In this document: piece by piece, positions 62,706-64,000 of the stretch
Numbering within the stretch: the first letter of the stretch is position 1
How the letters are laid out: every line of letters begins with the position of its first letter
Assembly (NCBI RefSeq): GCF_001447785.1
Contig: NW_015164194.1
Span: forward strand, 1,008,226 to 1,072,225
Direction of reading: 5' to 3'
Length of the DNA: 64,000 nucleotides
DNA from: Gekko japonicus
Taxonomy: Eukaryota
The notes under the pieces: generated by a model
The model's input: only the letters and a program-made list of their open reading frames with translations
Told to the model about the DNA's origin: nothing
The model's database searches: none
Position numbers and translations under genes: made by a program

Positions 62706-62825
62706 ATGGCAAAGTGAATTTGGTCACTGGTCAATGTAAAGGCAAAAGTTCAAGATCCTTGTATAGACCCAACGTGTGGTTCCTCCAAGGTTCCCACAAA
62801 GTGGTTTGCAACATAAACTGAAAAC
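62706..62825 (+). other. CLN8: CLN8 exon 2, 5' UTR part
   Basis: Polypyrimidine acceptor tctctctttttttttgcag ending at 62705, 120 nt before the ATG. Confidence 0.8.
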
Positions 62826-63368
62826 ATGGTTCAAGAAGATGGTGACGTGGCATCCAGATCCATTTTTGCCTGGGATTATGTTTTGTGGGAAGTTCGTCTG
62901 AAACTAGTGGTGGCTGGCTTTTTCATCTACCTGGGAGTATTTTTTCTCTCACACTACCTGTCTTCAAGGATAAGCATCACTTACCGTGCCTTGCCAGCAA
63001 AAGAGAAAGTCTTCTGGAATCTGGCTGCCACACGAGGTGTGTTTGGCATTCAGAGCTGCGTTGCTGGTTTATGGGCTTTGCTTCTAGATCCAGTTTTTCA
63101 GGCTGACAAAGTGTATTCCCAGCAGGAGTGGAGCTGGTTCAACTGCCTAATAGCCTCTGGCTTTTTTTTGCTTGAAAATGTAGCTGTTCATGTGTCTAAT
63201 ATTGTTTTCAGGACATTTGATTTATTCCTAGTTGTTCATCATTTGCTTGCTTTTGGTGGCTTTTTTGGTTTGGTGACCAACATAAAATCTGGACATTATA
63301 TACCCTTGATGGGAATGCTACTAGAGATGAGCACACCTTTCACCTGTATATCCTGGATTCTTTTAAAG
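62826..63368 (+). CDS. CLN8: CLN8 first coding exon (TLC-domain ER membrane protein), 181 codons; last exon lies outside the window
   Basis: [15 protein letters not shown]...[13 protein letters not shown]...[17 protein letters not shown] matches CLN8; strong Kozak context aacATGG; donor AAG|gtgaga at 63369. Confidence 0.95.
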
Positions 63369-63649
63369 GTGAGAGATTGTTGATACAGATTCAGAACAGT
63401 CATGTGATACAGCCCAAGCTAAGTGAAGACCATATTTTTGAGTAATACAGATAATGCCAAATAAAACTGGGGGGGTGGGGTTGTCTCAGTGGGTTACAGC
63501 AACAACAACAACAATAATAGTATCTTTCAATTTATTAATTGCTCAATCCTGCAGAGTTGCTGGCTCTGAGCGATTTACAGTTGCACATGTTCACACGGGA
63601 CTAACAATGATTCATAGGGGTAAAGGAGGACAACATATCAATCTTAAGT

Positions 63650-64000
63650 TGCACACGTTTGCAGCCGACGGGGATTTTGTTCAGCTGTAGGCTTAGATGC
63701 GTTCCAGACGGCATTCACTCGGCTTGGCTTGATGACGTCAGCTTTTTCCAGGACTGCTTCAAGTCACAGCACCTCACTGCCACCGCCTGGCCGGATTGGC
63801 CCATCGCAGGCTTCTTGATGCCGAGGAGATCTTTCCAGGCTTCTGAGCTGGACATTCCATTTAGCCGGCTAACACCTCCCCCCACCGGGGGGGTTTAGTG
63901 TGCCCACCCTCTCTAAGGAGTGGTACCCATTTTATCTACTCACCGAAGCTTTCGAACCGCTGGGTGGACGGTGAGCTGGGGACAAGGCTGGTAGCTCACA
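63650..64000 (-). mobile_element. Retroelement fragment with Sauria-SINE-like core, runs off the window
   Basis: tttatctactc...gctttcgaaccgctggg resembles the Sauria core. Confidence 0.45.

Noticed and set aside
63369-63383. CLN8 ending ...LLKVRDC* as in the ORF track
   Set aside because: Read-through of a canonical AAG|gtgaga donor; the rest of CLN8 is in a later exon.
1-64000. Remaining short ORFs in the track
   Set aside because: They are antisense or off-frame readings of repeats, or have no recognisable protein features.

Overview
This is vertebrate genomic DNA from a squamate reptile; the repeat set (Sauria SINE, BovB, Squam3-like and 5S-derived SINEs, TAGGGTTGCC MITEs) points to a gecko-like lizard. 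It holds two host genes on the + strand, in the same order as in mammals. (1) The 3' end of DLGAP2/SAPAP2: penultimate exon 8796-8948 with a GC donor, last exon 20715-20933 ending in the -QTRL PDZ ligand (missed by the ORF track), and a long transposon-poor 3' UTR. (2) The 5' end of CLN8: CpG-island promoter near 59 kb, a non-coding exon 1, and coding exon 62826-63368. The rest is mostly nested transposon sequence: L1, L2, CR1, RTE/BovB and RTEX-like LINEs, Penelope elements, Ty3/Gypsy fragments, solo LTRs, and hAT and Harbinger non-autonomous elements, many with exact target-site duplications (TSDs). The most interesting observations are: Penelope-borne minimal hammerhead ribozyme motifs; a ~760-bp segment copied from 16 kb away into an L1 next to a lone hAT end; a mosaic insertion flanked by a ~355-bp direct repeat that contains a pogo-L2 chimeric ORF; a shared target motif for three Harbinger MITEs; a co-varying hairpin in those MITEs; and a 2.45-kb hAT element with possible cargo. 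I found no prokaryote-type system such as CRISPR and cannot claim a new biological system. Repeat family names come from recalled consensus features, not a database search, and ends without TSDs are approximate.
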